A stretch of DNA of 63,715 bases, filler included. It is 10 parts of 10 records of this genome, joined end to end, with 100 filler letters (N's around TTAATTAATTAA, not from the genome) between each part and the next. Parts side by side here need not be neighbours in the genome. Positions count along the whole stretch, not along the records: positions 5,329 to 11,630 come from SRR31147125_36598; positions 11,731 to 17,229 come from SRR31147125_36642; positions 17,330 to 23,391 come from SRR31147125_36661; 7 more parts are not named here. The stretch is one strand, 5' to 3'. The translations under genes were made by a program, and so were the position numbers. The notes below the pieces were generated by a model. The model saw only the letters and a list, made by a program, of their open reading frames with translations. It was not told where the DNA came from and did not search any database. Positions 10,834 through 21,812 of this stretch are shown here, one piece after another (positions within the stretch are counted from its first letter, which is position 1; the number at the start of each line of letters is the position of its first letter).

Positions 10834-11584
10834 ATGGCTGGTGCCCATGGGTTTCTGACCGAGAAGATCCGCCTTGTCCCCTCGTTTGCGTATGATATAA
10901 CACTGCTGTGTGCTCGACGCAGTGGGTTGGGGTTGATGGGTTGGGGAATCCTCATATGAGACGCTGATATTGATTCCCATAACAGACCAACTGGCGCGAA
11001 CAGTCCTGTGGGAAGTGAAGCAACTGTTGAACAAGGCTGTGTCTCCCTTGGAACTGAAGGGCTTGTGTCCGTGTGGAGATGTTGAAGTGTGTGTGTGTGT
11101 GTGGCACCCTACCCGTCTTCTGATGATAGACAGGAGGATTCTGATGGTGGCGAACGCATGCGGCTGTCTTGGGTGACGACATCTGAGGAAGATGGTTGTG
11201 TACTGGTGCGCACGCGTTTTCTGGGGGCCCGAGAGCGTGTCCACGAGGCGTATCGACGCAAAAATGTTAGAAAGAAAGACTTGATCGTGTGCACCTTCGC
11301 TATCGAGGCATTGTGGAGCCGATCGTCGTATCAGGTGCGCGACACAACCTCGTGCGGCACAGATATTGAGGATATGGACGACGGTAGTATCGGAAGTTAT
11401 GCCCACATCCCTGCAAGATGAATGGATTGCCCACTTTGGGGGGGATGCTGACGGTGCGGGACGATTCCTTTCCTGTTGGTGAATTGTCCTGACACGAGAC
11501 AACAGAGGATCACGTGGCCCTCTTCGTAGGACGGTTTCCTGGGGAACGACCAGACACGATCACGTTGGAAGGACTTCCTGCCGG
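10834..11584 (+). CDS. AKAP17A: Spliced AKAP17A/XE7-like splicing factor, 3' truncated
   Basis: Spliced peptides VLWEVKQLL and PGERPDTITLEGLP match recalled AKAP17A motifs SNWEVMERL and PGERPDTIHLEGLP; first intron 10922-10985. Confidence 0.7.
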
Positions 11585-11606
11585 GGTGCACAGCGTTCTT
11601 TCTCTC

Positions 11607-11630
11607 CTTCTTCTTCTTCTTCTTCTTCTT
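11607..11630 (+). repeat. (CTT)n microsatellite at contig end
   Basis: Direct observation. Confidence 0.85.
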
Positions 11631-11730
11631 NNNNNNNNNNNNNNNNNNNNNNNNNNNNNNNNNNNNNNNNNNNNTTAATTAATTAANNNNNNNNNNNNNN
11701 NNNNNNNNNNNNNNNNNNNNNNNNNNNNNN

Positions 11731-12207
11731 TTTTTTTGTGTCGATATCGGATGTGTTGTGTTGTTGTTTTTTATTGGAAAGTATTTCTGATAACTTTTCT
11801 AAAGTAAGTTTTTCCAGTCTTTCTCGTAGCGCATTATCAGGAGGAACGGGGTAAAGTTTATATCCTTTTGTAACAGCATCTATATACATTCCAGTGCCGC
11901 CACAAAGTATTGGTAACCGTTTATTTTCTTTAATTTTTGTATAGGCACTTAGAAAATCAGTTTGAAATTCGAAAACATTGTACTTCTCACCAGCATCTCG
12001 AATATCAATTAAATGATATGGAATTTGTTTGCCATTTACAATATAGTCGTCATAGTCTTTGCCCGTTCCCAAATCCATTCCCCTGTAAACCTGCCTGGAA
12101 TCACCACTGATAACCTCTCCATTAAATTGGTATGCAATGTTGGCAGCAACTGCGGTTTTTCCGCTGGCCGTTGGTCCGAGAATTACTATTAGCTTGTTAT
12201 CGTTCAT
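11731..12207 (-). CDS. miaA: tRNA dimethylallyltransferase, 3' truncated
   Basis: [29 protein letters not shown]. Confidence 0.93.
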
Positions 12208-12229
12208 TTTAATTATCTACAGAAACGTT

Positions 12230-12237
12230 TACCTTTG
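12230..12237 (+). promoter_or_regulatory. Bacteroidota -7 promoter element for smpB
   Basis: TACCTTTG matches TAnnTTTG, 12 nt before the ATG. Confidence 0.6.
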
Positions 12238-12249
12238 CTGATTGTAAAG

Positions 12250-12699
12250 ATGGAAAAGAAAATAAACATAAAAAATAAGAAAGCAGGTTTCAATTACGAA
12301 TTGCTTGAAAAATATATCGCAGGTATTAAACTTTCTGGAACAGAAATAAAATCTATTCGTGGAGGTAAAGTCAACCTTGTTGATTCTTACTGCCAATTTC
12401 GGGATAACGAATTATGGGTTAGGGGTATGCATATTGCCGAATATGAATATGGAACGTATAATAACCACGACCCAATACAAGAAAGGAAATTACTTCTCAC
12501 AAAAAAGGAGTTGTTTAAGCTTGAACGTAAATCAAAGGATGCAGGAAATACAATAATTGCAACCCGATTATTTATTAACGATAGGGGATGGGCAAAAGTA
12601 GAAATCGCACTAGCCCGTGGTAAAAAGCAATTCGATAAGCGCGAAGACATTAAGAAAAAAGATTTAAAACGCCAACACGACAGGATTTTAAAAGTTTAA
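12250..12699 (+). CDS. smpB: SsrA-binding protein
   Basis: [31 protein letters not shown]. Confidence 0.97.
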   Translation: MEKKINIKNKKAGFNYELLEKYIAGIKLSGTEIKSIRGGKVNLVDSYCQFRDNELWVRGMHIAEYEYGTYNNHDPIQERKLLLTKKELFKLERKSKDAGNTIIATRLFINDRGWAKVEIALARGKKQFDKREDIKKKDLKRQHDRILKV

Positions 12700-12738
12700 A
12701 AGGTAGTCGGAGATAGAATTCCTGTAAACTGAAAGTGA

Positions 12739-14130
12739 TTATTGGGAGAAGAAAAAGTCGTTTAACTCGTATATCTCCTGTGTTGATAAATCTGATTCCA
12801 GATCGAAGAAACTATCTATGGCATCCAGCACTTCTTCAAATGAGATATAACCATCACTATCTTTATCCACGGTTCTGAATCTTACAGGAACTTCAACTGG
12901 TCCCCTGCGGTAGCTGGAACGGTTAGAATAATTTATCAATATAAGCTCAACTTCTTCGCGCCTTACAGCATCGGAAGTGTTGAGGCTGGCAACAACCTGA
13001 TCTTCGGTCATAGATACACCATTATCATCAACAATGGAGCCTTCAGGTGAGTTTTTTTCCAGGTCGAGATAATCTGGTACCCCATCGTTATCTACATCAA
13101 GAGGGCAACCCAGGGTATCTACTTCAACACCAAATGGGGTGCCGTAACATTCATCCTCTATGTCGAAAACCATATCGTAATCTTCGTCGCCAATCATTGT
13201 TGGATCGGTCTCAATCATGGCAAGTAACCTATTTTGCAGAATAACCTTGTCATCAGAAAATAAATCGAGGTGAACCGTTGCATAGGTAAATCCGAAAATA
13301 TCATTTTTTAGATTGCCACCGTAATCCACATTGTTGTATTCGTTGTATGTACCGCTCAGGTTATCGAGGAAATCTGTAAACGTAAAATGGAGAGATGTTC
13401 CTATTCGCAATGTTGCTCTTGTAGAGATAGAAAAGTCTACACCAAAATCTACAGGGATGGCAAATGAATATTTTTGAGCTGGTATGTCTTTGTCGAAGAT
13501 GTTTTCAATGAAGTTGGTTTCATATACGTAATCTCTTCCAATTATCTCGCTTTGCATCAAATTTCTATCTGATTCCGGAATATTTCGAATTGTTCCATCT
13601 GACCAATAATTATAATAGACTGTCTCACCATCTATTGTCTTTGATAAATCTATTTTTGAATCAAACAGGAAAGTCTCTAAGCCAACAGAGACAAACGGAT
13701 ACATTTTTCGTTCCTGTTTAAAGAAATTTTTGAAATTGTAATTTAGATTAAGACCAAAATTAAAAATGTCTGATTGGAAATTTAAGCTTTTTTCAAATTC
13801 ATTAACCGGACGACGGTATCCGGTTAGCTTCCCGGAGATAAAGAAAAAGTTAGCTCTTAACAAATGCGGATCCCAATTATCTACATAGGTTGCAATGTTT
13901 ACCTTATACCCAATTTGACCAGCAAGTGGACTTGAATAATCATTTTTTACATCGCCTAAAAAAGTTAAGAAGCCTGTTCCAAAACCGATTACAGGTTTGT
14001 AAACGGGATTTTCTACTTCTACCTCTTGTTGCAGATATTCTTCCCAGAATTCGTCATCTTGAGAAAATGCTTGAGATGAGACAAGCAATAACAAAAATCC
14101 CGGGATGATATATTTTATCCAATTAATCAT
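12739..14130 (-). CDS. Putative outer-membrane beta-barrel protein with TSP3-like Ca-binding repeats and a C-terminal EF-hand
   Basis: Signal peptide, aromatic alternating beta-strands, DEDYDMVFDIEDEC...GCPLDVDNDGVPDYLD, DKDSDGYISFEE. Confidence 0.65.
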   Translation of the reverse strand: MINWIKYIIPGFLLLLVSSQAFSQDDEFWEEYLQQEVEVENPVYKPVIGFGTGFLTFLGDVKNDYSSPLAGQIGYKVNIATYVDNWDPHLLRANFFFISGKLTGYRRPVNEFEKSLNFQSDIFNFGLNLNYNFKNFFKQERKMYPFVSVGLETFLFDSKIDLSKTIDGETVYYNYWSDGTIRNIPESDRNLMQSEIIGRDYVYETNFIENIFDKDIPAQKYSFAIPVDFGVDFSISTRATLRIGTSLHFTFTDFLDNLSGTYNEYNNVDYGGNLKNDIFGFTYATVHLDLFSDDKVILQNRLLAMIETDPTMIGDEDYDMVFDIEDECYGTPFGVEVDTLGCPLDVDNDGVPDYLDLEKNSPEGSIVDDNGVSMTEDQVVASLNTSDAVRREEVELILINYSNRSSYRRGPVEVPVRFRTVDKDSDGYISFEEVLDAIDSFFDLESDLSTQEIYELNDFFFSQ

Positions 14131-15611
14131 TTATACCATTTTTGATTTGCAATCATCAATGCTTCTTGAACAGTAATTCTTAAACCATTGTTGTATGCTG
14201 AAACAAATGCATCGCTAATTTCTGTTGTATTCCAAACATGAACCCTGTAATCCCTGGCATCTTTATAAATTGGGAACGAACCCACTGAATACTTATGCCA
14301 GCCTTCGTGAAATTCACGTTTTATGTCTTTGTCAATATTTGATTTCTTGAAATAATCTTCAATATCTACTGGTATATGCCCTGCTGCCAATTGAACCCGG
14401 TAATATACACCATCTTCGGGTTGTAAAACAAAATTTCCATCACCAGATATGACAGGTTGGTTTATCGCTGTTTCGTTTTCATTTGTTGATGGTTGCGCAA
14501 AAGTTGGTGTTTCTCCCTGAGTTTGCTCAGGTATGTTTTCTGCAACCGGGGCTAATTCTGTTTCTGCACCTGATTGAATTATTGTCTCTGGTTGCGTTTC
14601 TGTTTCACTAATAACTTCAGTTTGTTGCTGTTCTTCCTCCTCTGTTTCTGGTATTGATAATGAATTTGAATTATCTGCAAATAATTCACCTCCTGTCTCT
14701 TGCTGAATAAAAGCGAGCATTTGATCTTCAGTCATGGTATTAAAGTCAACTGATCGTTCTGTAATATCGATGATTTGGGTTCTGTCGCTTTCAAAATAAG
14801 AAAATTGACCGGATATGTTTGCCAACTCCTCCATAATTGCACCTTCTGAGGGGATGAGTGTATAGGAAACAACAAAGTGTGAACTTGCGGGTAAATTTCT
14901 CCAAATAAATTTAGCGACCTGATCTTTAAAAGTGAAAATTGCATCCTGAGTTTCACCACTAATAGCAGTATACCCGTCAGGAATTAGCTCTTCAATTTTG
15001 GCAAATTGCTTAAAGTCGTTTTTATTTACCAATACATTTACTTTTATTTCAGAGGGGTTAGAAACATCAGGTTGTTGCCTGATACAAAGAATTCCCGGCG
15101 TTTCACCGGCAGTTAGGTCCGGAATAACTTTTTCTTCAAATTCTGAAATATCAACGAGTAATTCAGGGCTAACGTTGGGTGAAGGATTAATTGCCAAATA
15201 ATTTGGTGCCAATTCTTCAGACTTTCTTTCGTTATTTTCTATATAAGAGAAAGTACCTTCCAGATTAAATCCACCTTTTAACCGTTCATCAACTCTTACG
15301 CGGTACGAGAATGTAAATTCTTCCTCTTCGGGTAATCGCAACCAAATAATGCGAACCCTGTTATCTTCAAACGAGAAATCTACAGCGCTGGCTGAATTAA
15401 CTTCAATTGCTTTTAATCCTGCAGGCAGCGTTTGTTGGAACCTGGCAAAACTTGATAATTCGCCTTTGTTAATAGTTACTTGCACGCGAAACTCCTCCCC
15501 AGCCTGAACTTCAAGAGGTGCATTGATGGTTACAGAAACCTTCTCTGCCATAAAATTCTCCAGAAAAATAATTCCAATTACATTAAATAATATTAAAGCA
15601 TATTTTAGCAT
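14127..15611 (-). CDS. Exported protein: two Ig-like repeats, acidic linker, C-terminal SPOR-like domain
   Basis: Repeats FARFQQTLPAG...RIIW and FAKIEELIPDG...KFIW; YRVQLAA...KYSVGSF...DAFVSAY; 4-nt overlap with the downstream gene. Confidence 0.7.
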   Translation of the reverse strand: MLKYALILFNVIGIIFLENFMAEKVSVTINAPLEVQAGEEFRVQVTINKGELSSFARFQQTLPAGLKAIEVNSASAVDFSFEDNRVRIIWLRLPEEEEFTFSYRVRVDERLKGGFNLEGTFSYIENNERKSEELAPNYLAINPSPNVSPELLVDISEFEEKVIPDLTAGETPGILCIRQQPDVSNPSEIKVNVLVNKNDFKQFAKIEELIPDGYTAISGETQDAIFTFKDQVAKFIWRNLPASSHFVVSYTLIPSEGAIMEELANISGQFSYFESDRTQIIDITERSVDFNTMTEDQMLAFIQQETGGELFADNSNSLSIPETEEEEQQQTEVISETETQPETIIQSGAETELAPVAENIPEQTQGETPTFAQPSTNENETAINQPVISGDGNFVLQPEDGVYYRVQLAAGHIPVDIEDYFKKSNIDKDIKREFHEGWHKYSVGSFPIYKDARDYRVHVWNTTEISDAFVSAYNNGLRITVQEALMIANQKWYK

Positions 15612-15742
15612 ACCCTACTAATCATAGTTTAATAACTTGAAACATTGATAAATCTAACTAATTTACACATTCGCATCAAAAAAGTTATTAACAACAAACA
15701 TATTATTTAAAATAATATAGTTTTTTGAATATTAATCATTTA

Positions 15743-15750
15743 CAAAATTA
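15743..15750 (-). promoter_or_regulatory. Candidate Bacteroidota -7 element for the SPOR-like operon
   Basis: TAATTTTG on the minus strand, about 130 nt upstream of 15611. Confidence 0.45.
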
Positions 15751-15905
15751 CGAACTTTTCTTGATTTATGTGAAGGAGGAAAAAAGTAGCAAATTCTAAT
15801 TAATTGTATTTGAGAGTTGATGTTTTTGTGTTGATTTTTAGTATATTACAGTCGAATCAACTCAAATCCCTAAATTTTTGTTTTAACCATTGAAAGCTTT
15901 AAGAT

Positions 15906-17069
15906 ATGGGGCAGGTAAAAGGATTAAGAAAATTTGTGGCTCCGGAAATTATTTTCGGTAGTGAAGCCAGAATGCTGGTTGGTAGGTATGCACTTCAATA
16001 TAATGCATCAAAGGCATTAATTGTTACAGACAAAGCAGTTATAGAAGCTGGTTGGCTAAATGATGTTATGTTGAACCTTGAAGAGGTTGGCATTCCTTAT
16101 GAGATTTTTTCGAGTGTTACTCCAAATCCGAGAGTAAGTGAAGTAATGGAAGGCGCAGAAATGTTCAACACCAAAGGGTGCGATATAATTATTGCTTTAG
16201 GTGGCGGAAGCCCCATGGATTGTGCGAAAGGCATTGGTATTGTATGCTCAAACGATAATGAACATATTTTAAAATTTGAAGGTGTAGATAAGATAAGTTC
16301 TCCCGTTCCGCCATTAATTTTTATTCCAACTACCGCAGGAACCTCTGCTGATGTTTCTCAATTTTGTATCATCTCGAACAGGGAGGAATTTGTGAAAATT
16401 GCCATTGTGAGCAAAGCCATTGTACCGGATGTTGCCTTAATCGATCCGGATACCACATCAACCATGGATCCTTATCTTACAGCCTGCACTGGGATAGATG
16501 CTTTAGTACATGCCATGGAGGCATTTGTTTCGATAGGCAGCGGGGCATTAACAGATATGTATGCACTGGAAGGAATTAAACTTGTTTGGAATAATCTCCC
16601 GGAATTGCTCAGCAATATAAATAATGTCGAATTACGTGAGAAAATGATGTTGGGAAGTATGAAAGCGGGGTTGGCATTTTCTAATGCAAGCCTCGGTGCC
16701 GTACATGCCATGGCACACAGTTTAGGTGGTTTTCTCGATTTACCTCACGGTGAATGCAATGCGATGTTATTGGATCATGTTATTAATTTCAACTTTAAAT
16801 CGGTTCCTGAAAAGTTTAATTTAGTTGCTGATGCAATTGGGCTTGATGTGAGAGGTTTAAATAGTAACGAGGTAAAGAACAGGATAATCAATTCCATATC
16901 TGAATTTAAAAGAAATGCAGGCGTTACCAAACAATTAAAGCAAAGGGGTGTTTCTTTGTCCGATATTCCGGAACTATCAAAAAAAGCCTTGAAAGATGCT
17001 TGTATGCTTACAAATCCGCGAAAGACTGCAATTAGAGATCTGGAAGTTATTTTTGAAGAAGCTATGTAG
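15906..17069 (+). CDS. ercA: Iron-containing alcohol dehydrogenase family, ErcA-like regulatory protein
   Basis: LRKFVAPEIIFG start, GGGSPMD, PTTAGTSADVSQF, HAMAH...HGECN. Confidence 0.8.
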   Translation: MGQVKGLRKFVAPEIIFGSEARMLVGRYALQYNASKALIVTDKAVIEAGWLNDVMLNLEEVGIPYEIFSSVTPNPRVSEVMEGAEMFNTKGCDIIIALGGGSPMDCAKGIGIVCSNDNEHILKFEGVDKISSPVPPLIFIPTTAGTSADVSQFCIISNREEFVKIAIVSKAIVPDVALIDPDTTSTMDPYLTACTGIDALVHAMEAFVSIGSGALTDMYALEGIKLVWNNLPELLSNINNVELREKMMLGSMKAGLAFSNASLGAVHAMAHSLGGFLDLPHGECNAMLLDHVINFNFKSVPEKFNLVADAIGLDVRGLNSNEVKNRIINSISEFKRNAGVTKQLKQRGVSLSDIPELSKKALKDACMLTNPRKTAIRDLEVIFEEAM

Positions 17070-17092
17070 GTATTTATCGGGAAAAATAATTT

Positions 17093-17229
17093 ATGGTTAT
17101 AAACAACGACGAAATAGACAATAACAATAACACACCTAACAATAGTAGCGAAGGGGAGCAACTCAATAGTATAATTGGTTTGGGTAAGTTTTCATCGCGC
17201 AAGAGTTATTATCCTGAACTTCAAAAAAA
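17093..17229 (+). CDS. Start of an ErcS-like sensor kinase, truncated
   Basis: IIGLGKFSSRKSYYPELQ resembles the N-terminal motif of kinases encoded after ercA. Confidence 0.6.
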
Positions 17230-17477
17230 NNNNNNNNNNNNNNNNNNNNNNNNNNNNNNNNNNNNNNNNNNNNTTAATTAATTAANNNNNNNNNNNNNNN
17301 NNNNNNNNNNNNNNNNNNNNNNNNNNNNNGGGGTATCCTGTTCAGTGCTGCATTGATGGATGAATCGCTCTATTTTCTTAAGGGATTGTTTTATATAGAT
17401 TATTCGAAAACTCGTATAACCTCATATTGGGAAAATAATAATCACAACAAAAAAATAATTACAAGCCTCGTAATAAT

Positions 17478-17527
17478 AAAAAATCCCCCCTTTATTATTC
17501 TGCCATATGGCACGATAAAAGGGGGAT
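17478..17527 (-). terminator. Intrinsic terminator of the MMPL operon
   Basis: ATCCCCC...GGGGGAT stem with inner TGCCATATGGCA, followed by a T-run on the minus strand. Confidence 0.6.
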
Positions 17528-17608
17528 GTCAAAATAGAACCAGAGAAATTAACTTTTTAAATATTATTTGCCATTAGTAATTTATTTGCATCTCTATCAC
17601 AAAGCATC

Positions 17609-20448
17609 TTAATGATCCCGTTTTACCAACCCCAAAATCCCGGGCAGGATAAATACTGTCGCTAAAAAGCAGGCACCCACTCCAATAAAGAGAGCGCTGC
17701 CTAATTGCCCGAATCCTCTCCATATGGAAAACACAAGGGAGCCAAAAGCCAGCATGGTTGTCAGGGATGTCAGCAAGATGGCTTTGCCGGTGCTGGCAAA
17801 CACAATTCCTAAATTTCCTTTGCCCTCACTCAGCCATCGATGTACAATATGTACACCATCATCGATACCGATTCCGATAATGAGCGGGATACCCATCACA
17901 TTCATCACCGTCAATTGTAAACCGAACAGATGCATCAGGCCTACCATCCAGAAAACACCGGCAGCCAGGGGAATCATGGCCATTAATGCGTAACCAGGGT
18001 GACGAAAATCAAACCAGAGAACTAAAAATATAATGACAACTGTCAATAGTGCCGCGTTACGACCGTCCTTGCCAATTATTTCGATCAATGCCCGAAATAT
18101 CGGGGGCATTCCCGTGGCTTTGGGACTCGTACGTTCCAAATCAGAGGCAAAATTATTGAGAAACTCTGCGTTCTGCCAGATATTACCCGAAGGAAAAACA
18201 GTTAGCAGATAGTTACTCCTGTCTCTATTACAATAACGATCAAGAATCGAAATCGGCAATTCATCAAAAGATATAAAATCAGAGTTGCACATTTTTAAAA
18301 CAGATTCCTTAAAATAGGGGCTGGCCTGATGTTGAAATTGGGATATAATGGACTTTTGAGCATGAGCCCTGCTGGCGAATGAGACAAGCAAGTCCTGTAT
18401 GATGCTGGATGTGTTTGATTTATCCGGATCCCCGACAATTTCATTACATTTCGTATCTACTTTGTCCTGACCGCCCAGGAACGCCATATCCTGAATTTCA
18501 ATGATGTTCATTTCCAGGCGTTCAAGTTCGGAAACAAGTTTTGAAATTTCTCCTACTTTAACGTTTTTGGCAATCGGTGCAAAAGCCATTTTATCTTTTA
18601 CGTCCTGAATATGCAGCAACCGATTTTTTTGCTCTGTTTTTGAGGGCAGATAGGTGGAAATATCCTCTACCATGGCCACGCTGCCGGCATCGCGGTATTT
18701 TTTCGCCATCTGGTTTGATTCCTCCAGAGTGCCGGCAAGCACCAGGCCGTAATCCATACTTAGGTCAAACTTGGTTAGTATTGTGTCCTGCAGGGTTATG
18801 GAAGTCAGGCCTTCGGGCTCGATGTTCATATAGTTGTGATCAAACGTTATTCGGGATGCCGATATTACAAGGAGAATCGTTAAAATAGTGGATGTAACAA
18901 TTGTAAAAATATAATGTTTTCCAAGCCAATCACAGGATTGCCCCAGGAAACGAAAAGAGATATCTCTGGGCAAACGAGGTCCGGAAGCAGGAATTTTTTT
19001 CTTCTCCAGACGTCGATCACGTAAAACTAACAGGGAGGGTAGAAAGAGAAATGTGGCTAACAAAATAGCGAAAAGACCAAAACCTGTTACCAAACCCATT
19101 TCTTTCATGCCACGTGAACTGCTGATAATCAGCGTTAAAAAAGCAATTGAGGTTGTGATGCCACCTGTTAATATTCCTTTTCCTATTTTTTGAAAGGTAT
19201 TATTTAATGCAGATTGAATATCCAGTCCGGTGCTGCGAAACTCGGTAAATCCGGAAATGATATGTATGGAAAAATCAATTCCTAAACCAATTAGAATGAC
19301 AGAAAACATGTAGGTCATCAGGTTTAGTTGGCCGACCACAATAGCGGCTGTACCTGTTGCCCAGATTATCCCTACAATCAGGTTCAAAGCAGCGAGAAGC
19401 GGGGCGGACCACATCCGGAAGGAGAAGATCAGCATGATCAGTATGGCGATAAAAGCAATAAGACTTGTATAGCCGAGACTTTGGGTGGAATAAACCATCT
19501 CGTCATGACAAAGAGGTACCATACCTGTGAGTCCGGCTTTGACCTGCGGATAATTCTTCAATTCTTTATCCAGAATGCTTTGTACTGCCTGTGTCCCGAC
19601 CATAACACGATCAATGTCCATGACTGAAAAATTCGGGATCACATTAATAATGAGTGCTTTTTTATCATAGGACTGAAAATAGGGATCTCCAATCAATAAT
19701 TTGTCTATGACTTTTTGAGCCTCGTTATCAGTGACAGGATTCTCAAGACTGTATTTCTGTAACAGACCGATGAAACTTTTAAGGCCATCCATGAATACAA
19801 CGGCCTGGTCTTCTTTTTGACGTGTACTAATCGATTCCTTGCGACCAACATATTCTTTTTCCATACTATTGTTCAGGTTGGTCAAAAGGTTGACGAGATT
19901 GGGATCGGTAAACGAATCCTTAAGATTTTTCAGATCGTCTTCTTTTATCAGCATTAATCCGTGATTTTTAAGAAAATCGACTTCCTGTTTATAGTCGACC
20001 CTTTTAATCAACTTTTCATTGATGCCTGCTTTTTTTCATTGATTAATTGCTGCAATTCATTGATTTCATGTTTTTTATTTGGTTTATTTTTTAGAAAATT
20101 TATTTTTACTTCCAGTTTACCTATCTCTTTATATAAAGTCATGTTTCGGGAGGTATCAATGCCTGCCTTTATTTTAGGAACAATGGCATCTGCGAAGGAT
20201 TTTATCTGTTCTTCTTCTCCCTGAACTACAACAACAATACTCGAGGCAGTTGTAAATTCTTCCAGAATTTTGTTGAATTGTAAGGTCCGGATATCCTTTG
20301 AGGGAAGTAAATCAGACCATCGTGGTGTTACCGTTAACTGTCCGGCAAATACCATAAAAAGAAGGGTAAAAAAAAGCACAGTCACTAACATTCGCCATGG
20401 ATGCATAGCATGAATATGTGCCAGTTTGTTAAAGAGTTTTTCTCTCAT
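17609..20448 (-). CDS. MMPL/RND family transporter (frameshift in A7 run at 20030-20036)
   Basis: Two MMPL halves with GLGIDFSIH and GIGIDDGVH; one added A joins the two ORFs (NEKKAGINEKLIKRVDY). Confidence 0.9.
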
Positions 20449-20585
20449 TTTTCTTTCCTCTTTTCCTTTGGTTTTTAGAGGACCTGTTTATTTAAGGCTG
20501 TTCATTTATTCGTTTTATATCACTTTTAGAAAACCGTATGTCCTGTTATAAATTATGTTTCATCTTGTAAAAGATTCAAATTAAA

Positions 20586-21812
20586 CTAAAAGTAAACACG
20601 TAAACGTGCCAGGCCGCCGCTGCCAAGATTTGAAGCGTAATGTCGGCCTTCTTTTCCAACATAAATGTTTCCATATACGGTTAATTCAACATCCTGGAAC
20701 ATGCTATAGGTGAGCATTGGTACAAGTGCTATACTGGCGTCACTTAAGCTATAGATGGTCATGGTACCAATACTCAGCAGATCGGTTACAGGATACTGGA
20801 CAAGGCCATAAGCCTGATCCTGACCAAGCGTTTTTAATTCCGAGGTCAACATCCACATCCAGTCATTTAACGTGTAATCTTTCCAGTTGCTTTTGGCCAA
20901 TGAATTGTGATAATATTCCAGCATAAAATAAAGTTCTGAATCAAAAGTATAATCCATGCCTAAAACCAGCTCCCGGAAATCACTGATCGAGTCCAGGCCA
21001 GGACCTTCCTTCTGATCCATGAAACTATAACCACCCTCCGCCCAGACACCCATGCCTAAAAATTCACCGGCAAAATCCCCACCTAGCAAAAGACGAGAAT
21101 ATCTGTTCTCACTGAAGGATGTATAGTCTGTAAAAGACCAGTACCGATGTACACCGAGAACGGAATAATCAAAATGACCGAGTCGTCCTTTGAGCTTGAG
21201 CATTTTAACCGAGTCCTTCCATTTTTCTCCCGGGGCATAAAAGGCGGCCAGACCATAAGATGAGCTCAACGGTATATCCACACGAATCGCGTTGTGTCCG
21301 GGTTGTTCATAGGTGGGATCCAGCACGTCTTTGGTATTAAAGAGATCTGTTGGATTCCATGTATATCCTGTACCCATGGAAAGCTGCTGCCGTCCCACAG
21401 TTACATCCAGATTTTTGAATGCGAGACGAACAAACGCGTTATCCAGAAATATCCGATCAGGCCGGGTTTCATAATAGGGCCCGAATGGCTGTAACAGATC
21501 TCCATAGGTGAAATTGAAAAAGGGCTGCAACGTTGTTGGTACACCCTGCGTTATCGTGTCCGGTAAATAATCCAGAATATTCCATTCTGTTTTGCCATGA
21601 TAGGTGATATAATCAAAATTGGCGCCAAAACTAACATTGTCTGATAAATCAGAGGCCAGATCAATACGTAGCTTGTTTGAAGCGAGATTATAAAATGTGT
21701 CTTTTACGTTAAGAACCGTCATTTGCGGTTCAAAATAACCGCTAACATCAAGCTGTTGACCAAAAGAAACAGATGGTATAAGGAAGAGGAGCAATAAATA
21801 AAAAATTTTCAT
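20586..21812 (-). CDS. Putative outer-membrane beta-barrel protein (DUF1302-like)
   Basis: Signal peptide, VGRQQLSMGTGYTWNPTD motif, terminal RVYF. Confidence 0.7.
   Translation of the reverse strand: MKIFYLLLLFLIPSVSFGQQLDVSGYFEPQMTVLNVKDTFYNLASNKLRIDLASDLSDNVSFGANFDYITYHGKTEWNILDYLPDTITQGVPTTLQPFFNFTYGDLLQPFGPYYETRPDRIFLDNAFVRLAFKNLDVTVGRQQLSMGTGYTWNPTDLFNTKDVLDPTYEQPGHNAIRVDIPLSSSYGLAAFYAPGEKWKDSVKMLKLKGRLGHFDYSVLGVHRYWSFTDYTSFSENRYSRLLLGGDFAGEFLGMGVWAEGGYSFMDQKEGPGLDSISDFRELVLGMDYTFDSELYFMLEYYHNSLAKSNWKDYTLNDWMWMLTSELKTLGQDQAYGLVQYPVTDLLSIGTMTIYSLSDASIALVPMLTYSMFQDVELTVYGNIYVGKEGRHYASNLGSGGLARLRVYF

Noticed and set aside
5329-11630. Dozens of short overlapping ORFs read as a phage or novel operon
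   Set aside because: Explained by exons of four spliced eukaryotic genes and their shadow frames
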